DNA of 64,000 nt, from positions 1-64,000 of the forward strand of contig JAANOX010000099.1 of assembly GCA_020184695.1 (NCBI GenBank), written 5' to 3'. Under the pieces are notes generated by a model. That model was not told the origin of the DNA and made no database searches. It worked only from the letters and a program-made list of their open reading frames with translations. Position numbers and translations under genes: made by a program. Shown here in pieces: positions 11,272 through 21,102 of the stretch; position 1 is the first letter of the stretch; the number at the start of each line of letters is the position of its first letter. Source of the stretch: Histomonas meleagridis 2922-C6/04-290x (lineage: Eukaryota > Protista > Parabasalia).

Positions 11272-12528
11272 TTATAATACCTTCCAATGAGGAAATTCTT
11301 TATTTTCTTTCTTTAATTTTTCAGCATATTGTGCAAGCATATCAATAGCATCGCCACAAGTCATCTTAAAATCGACATTTTGTAATCCGTAAATTATTGT
11401 TTTGTTAATTATTTGAGCATCTTTCAATGTCAATTCCTGCGCATTATATCTAAAGTTAGAAATCAAATCATTTCTACCATAATCATCTTCGACTGTAAAT
11501 GTTAAACAAGAAGTTAAACCTAAAACTTTAGGCGCTGCAAGCGTTGCATTAATAAATACGTCGGAAAATGTGTCATTCAATTTGAATCTTCCAACATGAG
11601 AAAGTTCAACTGCAGGCCCAATATGTTTAACATTATTTTCTTTAGCTAAGCCTTCTTCAACAATTTTAAGATAACCAAAATGAAGGCCTGTATCGACTTG
11701 ATTCTTAAAATCATATCGAAGTCGATTCATAAATTCACTTACAGTGGTGTTTCTATCTGCTTCAGCTCCAACAGTAAGCCATGAAAATGCATTTCCAATA
11801 CCAAAATGAATTTGATCAAGATATGGTCGAAGATTAATACATGTAGAGCATGCTTTCTCATTAAATGTACCATTAAGTGCAGCAGCAGTAAGGATAAGCT
11901 GAGCCCATAAACTATCTGTAAGTCGATGAATTTCACCCTTAGAATTTGAACATTTAAGTGCTCGTAAAGGCGTTTGTAAGTAATAACTTTGTGTAAGATC
12001 AATATTACTTAAGCTAAGTGGATCTATTGTTTTAACTCGTGAAAGCCTTGGATCAGATGTAACAAATTTTGGTGGTAAAGTTGCCTCCTTAATATGCTTT
12101 TCAAAGGTTTTACCAATTGGGGTTATTGCATTTGGGACAATATCAGCAGATTCGTCTTTTAACGCATTAAATAGGCGTTGTAAAAAGGCACCATCCGCGC
12201 AAAGATGACATGAATGAAACACTATCGTGTTACCAGTTGTACCTATGGATGCAAGAGCTTGTGAAACTGGACGGGTATGCTTTTCTGACATGTAATCACA
12301 TGCTTGTTTTAATCCTAACCCTGATGGGATAGAATATATTGGAACCTCTTGTTCACTAACAAGTAGTTTTTCATTGTCAATAACTCTGGTTCTTAACCCT
12401 AATGCATATTTCTTAAGTTTCTGAATTGTTGGTAGAACTTGATCAGAATTCTTTACTTTGAGCGCCATTTGTACATAGGCTTTGATGTCAATGTGATACT
12501 TCTCAAATGCTGCGAGAGGACGAATCAT
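11272..12528 (-). CDS. condensation / alcohol-acetyltransferase-like fold protein
   Basis: HxxxDG motif (HLCADG). ATG at 12528 is preceded by a TCACA Inr-like motif. Confidence 0.6.
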   Translation of the reverse strand: MIRPLAAFEKYHIDIKAYVQMALKVKNSDQVLPTIQKLKKYALGLRTRVIDNEKLLVSEQEVPIYSIPSGLGLKQACDYMSEKHTRPVSQALASIGTTGNTIVFHSCHLCADGAFLQRLFNALKDESADIVPNAITPIGKTFEKHIKEATLPPKFVTSDPRLSRVKTIDPLSLSNIDLTQSYYLQTPLRALKCSNSKGEIHRLTDSLWAQLILTAAALNGTFNEKACSTCINLRPYLDQIHFGIGNAFSWLTVGAEADRNTTVSEFMNRLRYDFKNQVDTGLHFGYLKIVEEGLAKENNVKHIGPAVELSHVGRFKLNDTFSDVFINATLAAPKVLGLTSCLTFTVEDDYGRNDLISNFRYNAQELTLKDAQIINKTIIYGLQNVDFKMTCGDAIDMLAQYAEKLKKENKEFPHWKVL

Positions 12529-13836
12529 TGTGATCTGTTTTGCTGGACAGGTGCCAGAACACAATATTTATCGTATTTTCATTCAAATTATAATTTTCGA
12601 TAAATTTTCAATTAGAGTTGAATGGCATGCCAAGCTATCGGCTAAAATTGAACACAATTTTTTGAAAGATTTTCGCTTTCATATAAAGCGCTTTTTTCAA
12701 AACGGGAATGCCACATGACATGAACGTGCAAAATATTAATGACTTACAATATTAATGACAATTGTCTAATGATTTTACATTTGTTGTAGCATATTTAATA
12801 TGAAAAAATTGATCATACCATTTATAAATTCTAAATGTGAAATCCAATACCAACTTCTTCACTTTCATAAAAGTTTTATTTGTTAAATGGATATTACATT
12901 TGATAATACATAAATTTAATCAACCAATTTTTGAAGAAAACACATTGGGCACAAAAAAGTGCAAATTTGACTTTGACAAAAGTGTCAAAAAGTATTTGAT
13001 GGATTTATCTGTTCTTAATGAATATGAATTACAGATAACAATATTAGCTTGTCATATTTCTTTAAAATATCTTGTAATTATTAGTTGCTACATACTGTAA
13101 GCAATAGCTAAAAAATCCCTTCATAGTGTGATAAATTTAATTACTTGAAGTTTCATCAATCGGATGTAAAATTTCGAGCTGTAAGCCTTTAGTCATGGTA
13201 GAAAAGGATAAATTTAAATCGAATTTTAGGTCATATATAAACTTTGTTTAGTATATGAATGTTTGGCAATATGCATTCTTAGAAACCTTGGGCGTTAATA
13301 TAAAATCAAAATAATAACAATAAATTTTTTACCAATCAAATGATTTAATATTTAATGATTAAAAAAAGTTTAATAATAATAGCCTTTTGTTGTCTAAGCT
13401 CAGTTCATGCTAAAAAGAAGTCAGTTATTCTAATAACTTCTGATTTGTTAAATCATTAAAAATATGATACTAGAGAACATTCTTCATAACCCATGTGGCT
13501 CAATGTAAGGTTAAATCTTGCATCTTATGGTAGATAATAAAACATATTTTTCTAAATTTCATGTAATCAATTGATACAGTCAGAGGTGAAATTTCATTAG
13601 ATGATCTTCAACCTTGGTAATACAGAAAATAAAGCCGAAAAATTGTTTTTAATACATGATTATCACCGGAAAACTCAAAACGCAACCTATCGTTCCGATG
13701 ATTTTTTGGTGTGACATAAGTTCATTCAGGTCACTTCAAAAGAAATTTGAATGTGGAAAACGGCTACTCATTTAATTACCGAATTCTAATTGAAATTTTG
13801 AGAACTTGCATCTGACAAGCAGAAAAGTGTTTTACT

Positions 13837-13841
13837 TCATT
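13837..13841 (+). promoter_or_regulatory. Inr element of the micro-ORF
   Basis: TCATT 7 nt upstream of ATG 13849. Confidence 0.5.
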
Positions 13842-13848
13842 TTTTAAG

Positions 13849-13992
13849 ATGCCACCAAGAGGTCCACCACCACCACATCATCCAGGCCCACCAGGTCCAC
13901 CACCACACCATCACCCACCAGGCCCACCAGGTCCACCACCTCATCATCCACCAGGTCCACCACCACATCATCCACCACCACATCATCATTAA
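13849..13992 (+). CDS. 47-aa Pro/His/Gly-rich microprotein (below the ORF-track cutoff)
   Basis: MPPRGPPPPHHPGPPGPPPHHHPPGPPGPPPHHPPGPPPHHPPPHHH*; upstream Inr; stop in TAAA; GC-rich island in AT-rich DNA. Confidence 0.7.
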   Translation: MPPRGPPPPHHPGPPGPPPHHHPPGPPGPPPHHPPGPPPHHPPPHHH

Positions 13993-14439
13993 ACACTCAA
14001 ATGATGAATTTATTCATTTTTAATCTGCTTTTTCAAATACGATCAATGATCTTTGACTAATTTTTGTAAATTTTTATAAATACTTTTTAGATCTTTATTG
14101 AAGTACATCGCTTCAGATATCCTTTTAATGAATCTTTTCACGTCTTTAGCTAAACATATGCATAATTTGATCACCTACTTTACTATTATCTGTGTTTGTA
14201 ATTTTAATATGAAAAAATTTGATATTAATATAATTTGAACTTCAAATAAAATTAAGCTTAGCAAATGATTTCGAATTACATAAAAAAAATGTAACTCAAT
14301 TAATAACTACTGATAAAAAATATTGTTTTATTTAATTTAATGAATACCAGAGGGATGCTTAATAAATGATATAATCACAAAAATTATTATCGAGTTTATT
14401 AATGAAGTAAAGGTTTTAAGCAGTATTTTTTGGACCAAT

Positions 14440-14870
14440 CAAATGTTTCAAACATTTACTTATGAATGTGCAAAATTAGATAACACAGGTGAATATGCAA
14501 TTGCAGGTGGAAATGAAGAAATAATTCATTTATGTGAACAAAATCATTCATCATTTAATAATGCTTATGTAACAGCAATTCAATTTCAGCGAAAGATATC
14601 TTTCATTATTTTTATGATAATATTAATGCTAAAGATATTTATTTGTTTTGATTAATACTTTTAATAAATTGAAAATTGAAAATATTTTTTGGAAATTATT
14701 TCAATTATTTTATACAGCACTTATTGAAGCATCTGAAAATAGCCATATCGAAATAGAGAAGGAATTGATATTAACGATAAAAATATTTATTTATAATATG
14801 TTTTAATAATTTTTTGTTTCAAAATAATATTTGAAAATTATTTCAAATATTTGAAACATCACTTATGGTA
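14440..14870 (+). pseudogene. DUF3447/ankyrin remnant with two spacers
   Basis: EYAIAGGNEEIIHLCEQNH, NAKD-spacer(14637-14713)-TALIEASENSHIEI, NDKN-spacer(14785-14855)-TSLM. Internal deletions. Confidence 0.75.
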
Positions 14871-15483
14871 TTTTATTATAACGGGCATTCGTTAATATTT
14901 TCTATTTAATAAATTAAATGAAGAAGATCTTCCAGTTTTTATATACGAGTAATTAGAAAACTTTTTATATATTTTAATACGTTTGAATGCAATATCTTTA
15001 GAAAAAAAATCAATGCTTTGCAGGTTATGTTGAATCTTTTGTATTAGTTAAAAAATCAATCTAGGTTCTAAATATATTCAATGAAATATAAAATAAAAGC
15101 AAATCCCTTCTGTCAATTTGAAACAGAATATTCTGTCTTTTTTATTCAATATAAAAAGGATAAATTTGATTTTTGAATTTTTATGTTTATAATTTTAATA
15201 TTATCTGTAATTATGTTTTTTTAAATGAACGAACAACCTTTCATATGAATAACCAAATGAATTTATAAGTTTTATTTAAAAAACAAACTAAATAGAAGTT
15301 TCCAAATGACCGTTTATTATCCGAGGCTGTCCTCAAATTAAGATTCACATTGGCCATAAGTCCACTTTTTAAGATCCGGTCAAAAAGCGAAAAATACATT
15401 CAATTAATTATATGAGATCATTAAAAACTGGGCTCGTGGTCGTCAAAAAATTGAATCGTTTATTACAAGGCCAAAGATTCAGT

Positions 15484-15488
15484 TCACT
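15484..15488 (+). promoter_or_regulatory. Inr element of EF-1alpha
   Basis: TCACT 14 nt upstream of the ATG. Confidence 0.6.
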
Positions 15489-15502
15489 TTGTTTATTGTC
15501 CC

Positions 15503-16825
15503 ATGGGTAAGGAGAAAGAACATATCAATCTCGTCGTTATCGGACACGTCGATGCTGGTAAATCCACAACCACAGGTCACTTAATCTACAAGTGCGGTGG
15601 TATCGATAAGAGAAAGCTCGCCCAAATCGAAAAGGAAGCCGTCCAACTTGGTAAGGGTTCCTTCAAATATGCCTTCGTTATGGATAACCTCAAGGCCGAA
15701 CGTGAACGTGGTATCACAATCGATATCTCCCTTTGGAAATTCGAATCACCAAAATACATGTTCACCATCATTGATGCTCCAGGACACAGAGACTTCATCA
15801 AGAACATGATCACAGGTACATCCCAAGCCGATGCTGCCGTCCTTGTTATTGATGCCACACGCGGTGGTTTTGAAGCCGGTATTGCCGAACAAGGCCAAAC
15901 CCGTGAACACGCTCTTCTTGCCTTCACCCTTGGTATCAAGCAAGTTATTGTTGGTGTTAACAAGATGGATGACAACACAGTCAACTACTCCAAGCAACGT
16001 TATGATGAAATCGTCCAAGAAATGACACACATCCTTGGTAACATTGGTTTCAAGCCAGAACAATACAAGTTCGTTCCAATCTCCGGATTTGTCGGTGATA
16101 ACATGACCGAAAAGTCACCAAACATGCCATGGTACACAGGCGGCACACTCCTTGAAACACTCGATACACTCCAACCACCAAAGCGTCCATTCGACCGCCC
16201 ACTCCGTCTTCCAGTCCAAGATGTCTACAAGATCTCTGGTATCGGTACAGTTCCAGTTGGTCGTGTTGAATCCGGTATCATGAAGCCAAACATGACAGTC
16301 GTCTTCGCACCATCAACAGTCACCACCGAAGTTAAGTCCATCGAAATGCACCACACACAACTCCCAGAGGCCGTCCCAGGAGATAACATCGGTTTCAACG
16401 TCAAGAACGTCGCCGTCTCTGACATCAAGCGTGGTTACGTCGTCGGTGAAGCTAACCGTGATCCACCAATGCAATGCATCAACTTCACAGCACAAATGAT
16501 CATCTCCAACCACCCAGGCAAGATCCACGCTGGATACCAACCAGTTTTCGACTGCCACACAGCTCACATCGCTTGCAAGTTCGACAAGCTCGTCCAACGT
16601 ATCGACCGCCGTCACGGTAAGAAGGTCACAGAGAACCCAGAATGGATCCAAAAGGATGATGCTGCTGTCGTCGTCGTCGTACCATCAAAGCCACTCGTCG
16701 TAGAAACATTCAAAGAATACGCTGCATTAGGAAGATTCGCTGTTCGTGATATGAAGCAAACAGTCGCTGTTGGCGTTATCCGTGCTGTCGAAAAGAAGGT
16801 CGTTGAAGATAAGAAGAAGAAGTAA
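15503..16825 (+). CDS. EF1A: translation elongation factor 1-alpha
   Basis: [60 protein letters not shown]; strong codon bias. Confidence 0.99.
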   Translation: MGKEKEHINLVVIGHVDAGKSTTTGHLIYKCGGIDKRKLAQIEKEAVQLGKGSFKYAFVMDNLKAERERGITIDISLWKFESPKYMFTIIDAPGHRDFIKNMITGTSQADAAVLVIDATRGGFEAGIAEQGQTREHALLAFTLGIKQVIVGVNKMDDNTVNYSKQRYDEIVQEMTHILGNIGFKPEQYKFVPISGFVGDNMTEKSPNMPWYTGGTLLETLDTLQPPKRPFDRPLRLPVQDVYKISGIGTVPVGRVESGIMKPNMTVVFAPSTVTTEVKSIEMHHTQLPEAVPGDNIGFNVKNVAVSDIKRGYVVGEANRDPPMQCINFTAQMIISNHPGKIHAGYQPVFDCHTAHIACKFDKLVQRIDRRHGKKVTENPEWIQKDDAAVVVVVPSKPLVVETFKEYAALGRFAVRDMKQTVAVGVIRAVEKKVVEDKKKK

Positions 16826-17123
16826 AGACAATAAATCCCAAACCTTAATTATTTTTTATCTATATTTTTAATTAGTTTAAATCTGTTCATTTTGCATACT
16901 TAATTACTCAGCATAAAAAGCACATGTAACCTAATGAAAAATAGTTCTTAAATTCATTTCATTATGATATGGCTATTGGTTCATATTGTACTGAATTTAG
17001 TTTTCCATAATTTTCAAATGATATATGAATTTAATGCACTTGACCTGTAAAATAAAACTATCGAAATTACGAATTTTGATTCACACTAAATTTATTTATG
17101 TTCCTGCATATAAACTTTTCATT

Positions 17124-19581
17124 TTAATATTTTTTATGAAGTAAATGAACTATCTTTGTATAACCTTTTTCAGATGCATACATAAGTGCTGTCTTAAATA
17201 ATTTAAATAATATCCAAATTTTATTTAGAAATATAAAATTATTAAAATAAACATTAAATAAAACAAATAAATATCTTTAGCATTAACATCAATTCCTTCT
17301 TGTTTAAGAAGTAATTTGACGATTTTTATATGGTTACGATCAGATGCTTTTATTAAAATAGTTTGAAATAAATTGAATAATTTCCAAATATAATAATAAA
17401 ATATCAAATTCTTAAAATAAGTTTTAAATAAAACAAATAAATATTTTTATCATTGATATCAATTCCTTCTTGTTCAAGAAGGAATTTAACTATTTCTATG
17501 TTGCCATACCAAGATGCCCACATAATTGCTGTTTCAAATAATTGAAATAATTATCATGTATTTTTTTGAAAAATAAAATTATTAAAATAAATACAAATCA
17601 AAACAAATAAATATCTTTAGCGTTAATATCAATTCCTTCTTTCTCAAGAAGTAATTTAACTGTTTCTATATAACCACGTTGAGATGCTTTAATAAGTGCT
17701 GTCTCAAATAATATAAATATATTTTATTTGTTATTATGAAATAGCAGAAAATTAAAAGTTATATTAAAACAAATTAATAAAAATTTTTAGAATTAATATC
17801 AATTCCTTCTTGTTCAAGAAGTAATTTAACTATTTCAGTATAATCATTTGAAGATCATCATCATCTGGATGCAATTGTAAGTGCTGTATCAAATAATTTA
17901 AATAATTTCCAAATATTATTTTGAAATATCAAATTATTAAAATAAATGTCAAATAAAACAAATAAATATTTTTGGCATTAATATCAACTCTTTTTTGTTC
18001 AAGAAGTAATTTAACTATTTCTGTATGACCTTTTTTAACTGCATACATAAGTGCTGTAGTAAATACTTCAAATAAATTTTGAATTTTATTTTGAAATATT
18101 AAATTATTATTAAAATAAATCCTAGAGAAAACATATGAATATTTTTAGAGTTTATATGTATTTTCTTTTTTTCAAGAAGTAATTTGACTATTTCGATATT
18201 ACCTTTTGCAGAAGCAGTCATAAGTGCTGTTTCAAATATTTGAAATAATTTCCATTTATTATTTTGAAATATGAAATTATTAAAATAAGCACCAAATAAA
18301 ACAAATAAATATCTTTAATATTTATATCAATTCCTTTTTTTCTCAGAAGTAATTTAACTATTTCTATGTAACCCATACTACATGCTATTATGATCGCAGT
18401 TGAAAAAAATTTAAATAGTTACCAAATATTATTTATAATCATCAAATCATTAAAACAAATATCAAATGCATCAAATAAATATCTTTACCATTTATATCAG
18501 TTCTTCTATGTCTTAAAACATATTTTACAAGTTCAATATTTCTTGAATGTGTTGAATAAGCTAAAGTGTTTTTTGGTATTTTATTTTCTTTTAAAAAATA
18601 TCTAACAAGATACAAATTTCCAGTCCTTGCGGCTTCATTAATAATACAATTATCAACACTCATTCCTTCATTTTTCAAGTATGAAAATATTTCATAATTA
18701 TGATATTTAATACATTTTTCTCCTAATTTCGTTATTGTTTTATAATCAAAATTTATAAAATTATTTTCACAAAGATACATAAAAACATCATTTTGATGAA
18801 ATTTAATAGCTATTTCACATCCATCCATCAATGAAACATGATTTTGCTCACATAAATGAATTATCTCTAAATTTCCGCCCGCAATTGCATATTTAGCTAT
18901 ATTTTCTATATCAGAACCATTTAAAAGCAAATATTTAATTGATCCAAAAAATGCTGCGTAACTAATCAATGAAATGTATCGTCTAATAAATGAACATCTT
19001 TCATAAGGTGATGGTACAAGAAAATAATCAAAATCAAAATCATTTTGTGTTGTCATTTCTTGAAGTTTTTCTACATCATCATTTCGAATTATTTTTGCAA
19101 ATTCATTTGGATTTTCTCCTTCTTCAACTAATTTCTTATGAAGCTCGGGATCATTCACTTTAAGATATGTATCGTCATTGTCATCTGCTTCTGTTTTACA
19201 ATGTTCATCAATTAATTTCATTTCAACCATTTTATCTATTATGTAATTTGACCCATATGATTTTTTTGTGTTGATAAGAAAGTTTGAAAAAGTTTTACTT
19301 ATTCTGGATTCTATATTATGTGTTATTTCATATATTTCAATTTCTTTAATAAAATTTATTATTGTACTTACTTCATTTTTTCTTGTAACATATGAAGAAT
19401 ATATCATTTTACTTATAATAAAATTGAAAGTGAATAGATAATTTTCATTAAATATTTGGTCAAAAATAGAACTTACTTCTTGAGGTAAATTTTCTTTGTT
19501 CAAATTAAAAATAATTTTGGATGTTAATTCGAGTGCTTTTTGTATATTTTTTTCTTGTAATTGATTTGTCTGTTTTTTCAT
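17124..19581 (-). CDS. DUF3447-type ankyrin-repeat gene; 3' repeats interrupted by 8 spacers
   Basis: ORF 19581-18442 (YAAFFGSIKY, AIAGGNLEIIHLCEQ, CEIAIKFHQN), then 7 ankyrin modules and a terminal half-repeat (TALMYASEKGYTKIVHLLHKKY*, TAA 17124-17126). One module carries a stop-containing 15-nt insertion, so functional status is uncertain. Confidence 0.7.
17193..18480 (-). repeat. 170-nt tandem array (90-nt ankyrin module + 80-nt AT-rich spacer)
   Basis: Spacers at 18401-18480, 18231-18310, 18058-18140 (83 nt), 17888-17967, 17703-17782, 17533-17612, 17363-17442, 17193-17272. Confidence 0.95.
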
Positions 19582-19694
19582 GAGAATTTATTGATATTCT
19601 ATGAAATGCAATTTATAAAACCGTAAATAAAATATACAAACAAAATATTCAAAATATTATATGAGATAATTCATTTAAAAATTTGCTTTCAATT

Positions 19695-19702
19695 AACCGT
19701 TA
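19695..19702 (+). promoter_or_regulatory. M3/Myb-like core promoter motif
   Basis: AACCGTTA 13 nt upstream of ATG 19716; fits the trichomonad M3 consensus DRCSGTTD. Similar motifs occur at 26395-26402 and 63846-63853 upstream of other ATGs. Confidence 0.4.
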
Positions 19703-19715
19703 AATTCTCCGACCA

Positions 19716-21017
19716 ATGCAAATCGGATATAAAGTCGGTAACGTGAGAAAAAGGAACAGATTTCAATTAAATGACGACTCTACAGAAATAGAAGAAGAAA
19801 ATCAAGGGATCAGTCCGAATGAAATAGCTCAAATTGAACCTTTTCTCCAACAAATTGATCAAAATCCACCAAATCTCCCAATAATCTTACAGTTCTTTGA
19901 AAGGGTTACAGGATTTTGTGAGATAGGAATGAAATTGGTGGATTCATCTCTTTCTTCGTCAGTGTTATCTATTCTTTCAACATTTTCTAGTCAACAAAAC
20001 AATCCCAATGAACATCCAGAAATTTTTATACCTTCCATGGGCATTCTCTACAATCTTATATTTTTCAAATACCCAAAAGATAAACTCATTACCCAAAGCT
20101 TTGATCAAATTTTTTACGGTATCGCACATGCTCTAGTTGCTAGCCCACCTAATTTTGTATGTATTAACTGTTTTTTTTCTTTTACCGAGTTATTTGCAGA
20201 TTCCAAGATCCCGCCTAAAATTTTATTTGAATTTTTTGAACCCTTAATCCCGTTTATTTCACTCTTTCTTACCAATCAGACACCCAAAGACACTGTTTCT
20301 TGTGCACTTCAAGCATCTTTAACCATATCTCAACTTAATGGTCAAAAATCATTTCAAGAATTTTGCAAAATAAACATAGTGCCAATTTTGTTTCATTATT
20401 TACGTATTGATTCTGAAGCCTATGTATCCGCTTGTAAATTATTAGGATATTTATCATTAAATAATATATTTGCTAAAGAACATTTTCCTGATGATTATTT
20501 AGAAGTATTTTCAGTCAATCTTCAAGTCGACAATGAAATTCATCAATTAGAAACAATTGAAATGTTAAGTAAAATGAGTACAATTGATACTCTTGCTGAA
20601 GAATTCATATCCAGCAAAATCCTTAAAGTATTATTTGAATTAGGTGAAACTTCTTCATATGGAGTGCGTGAAAAATCGATGGAATTCATTTGCGATTTAA
20701 TGCAATTTAATTCTCAACAATTTGAAAAGGCTATTGTTGAATATGGTACATTTGACTTCTTTATTCCTTTTTTGGAAACGGAAAATATCGGAGTTATTAT
20801 AAATGCCACTGGTGCAATTTCCACAATATTTAATAGACTATGGTCTACTGGTAAAAAAATGGAAATGGATTCGCTAATTGAACAATCTTCGGAAACATTG
20901 AATTACATACAAAGCTATACAGAGAATAACGAAGGAGATATCGAAGAAGCAGCAAACTTGATCATGGGTTATTATCGTGTTTACTTAGACGAAAAAAATC
21001 AGGGTGAGGAGATGTAA
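19716..21017 (+). CDS. hypothetical alpha-helical (ARM/HEAT-like) protein
   Basis: 433-aa ORF with amphipathic helical periodicity; no family recognised. Confidence 0.75.
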   Translation: MQIGYKVGNVRKRNRFQLNDDSTEIEEENQGISPNEIAQIEPFLQQIDQNPPNLPIILQFFERVTGFCEIGMKLVDSSLSSSVLSILSTFSSQQNNPNEHPEIFIPSMGILYNLIFFKYPKDKLITQSFDQIFYGIAHALVASPPNFVCINCFFSFTELFADSKIPPKILFEFFEPLIPFISLFLTNQTPKDTVSCALQASLTISQLNGQKSFQEFCKINIVPILFHYLRIDSEAYVSACKLLGYLSLNNIFAKEHFPDDYLEVFSVNLQVDNEIHQLETIEMLSKMSTIDTLAEEFISSKILKVLFELGETSSYGVREKSMEFICDLMQFNSQQFEKAIVEYGTFDFFIPFLETENIGVIINATGAISTIFNRLWSTGKKMEMDSLIEQSSETLNYIQSYTENNEGDIEEAANLIMGYYRVYLDEKNQGEEM

Positions 21018-21102
21018 TATGTAAGTAAAGGTTATACAATGAAATTAATTTTTTTTTTTTTTTTTTGGAAAATGTTGAAAAAAATATTAAACGGATTTTC
21101 AT

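Noticed and set aside
12720-13800. Long intergenic stretch as a transposon or gene relic
   Set aside because: I found no terminal inverted repeats, target-site duplications or recognisable protein fragments.
15586-16651. Antisense and alternative-frame ORFs over EF-1alpha (also over H3, CTL, SPP, CC2D2A, UTP15 and the helicase)
   Set aside because: Shadow ORFs produced by codon bias; no recognisable protein features.
17193-18480. CRISPR-like repeat/spacer array
   Set aside because: Both parts of the unit are repeated, the period is 170 nt, the modules encode ankyrin, the context is eukaryotic and there are no cas genes.
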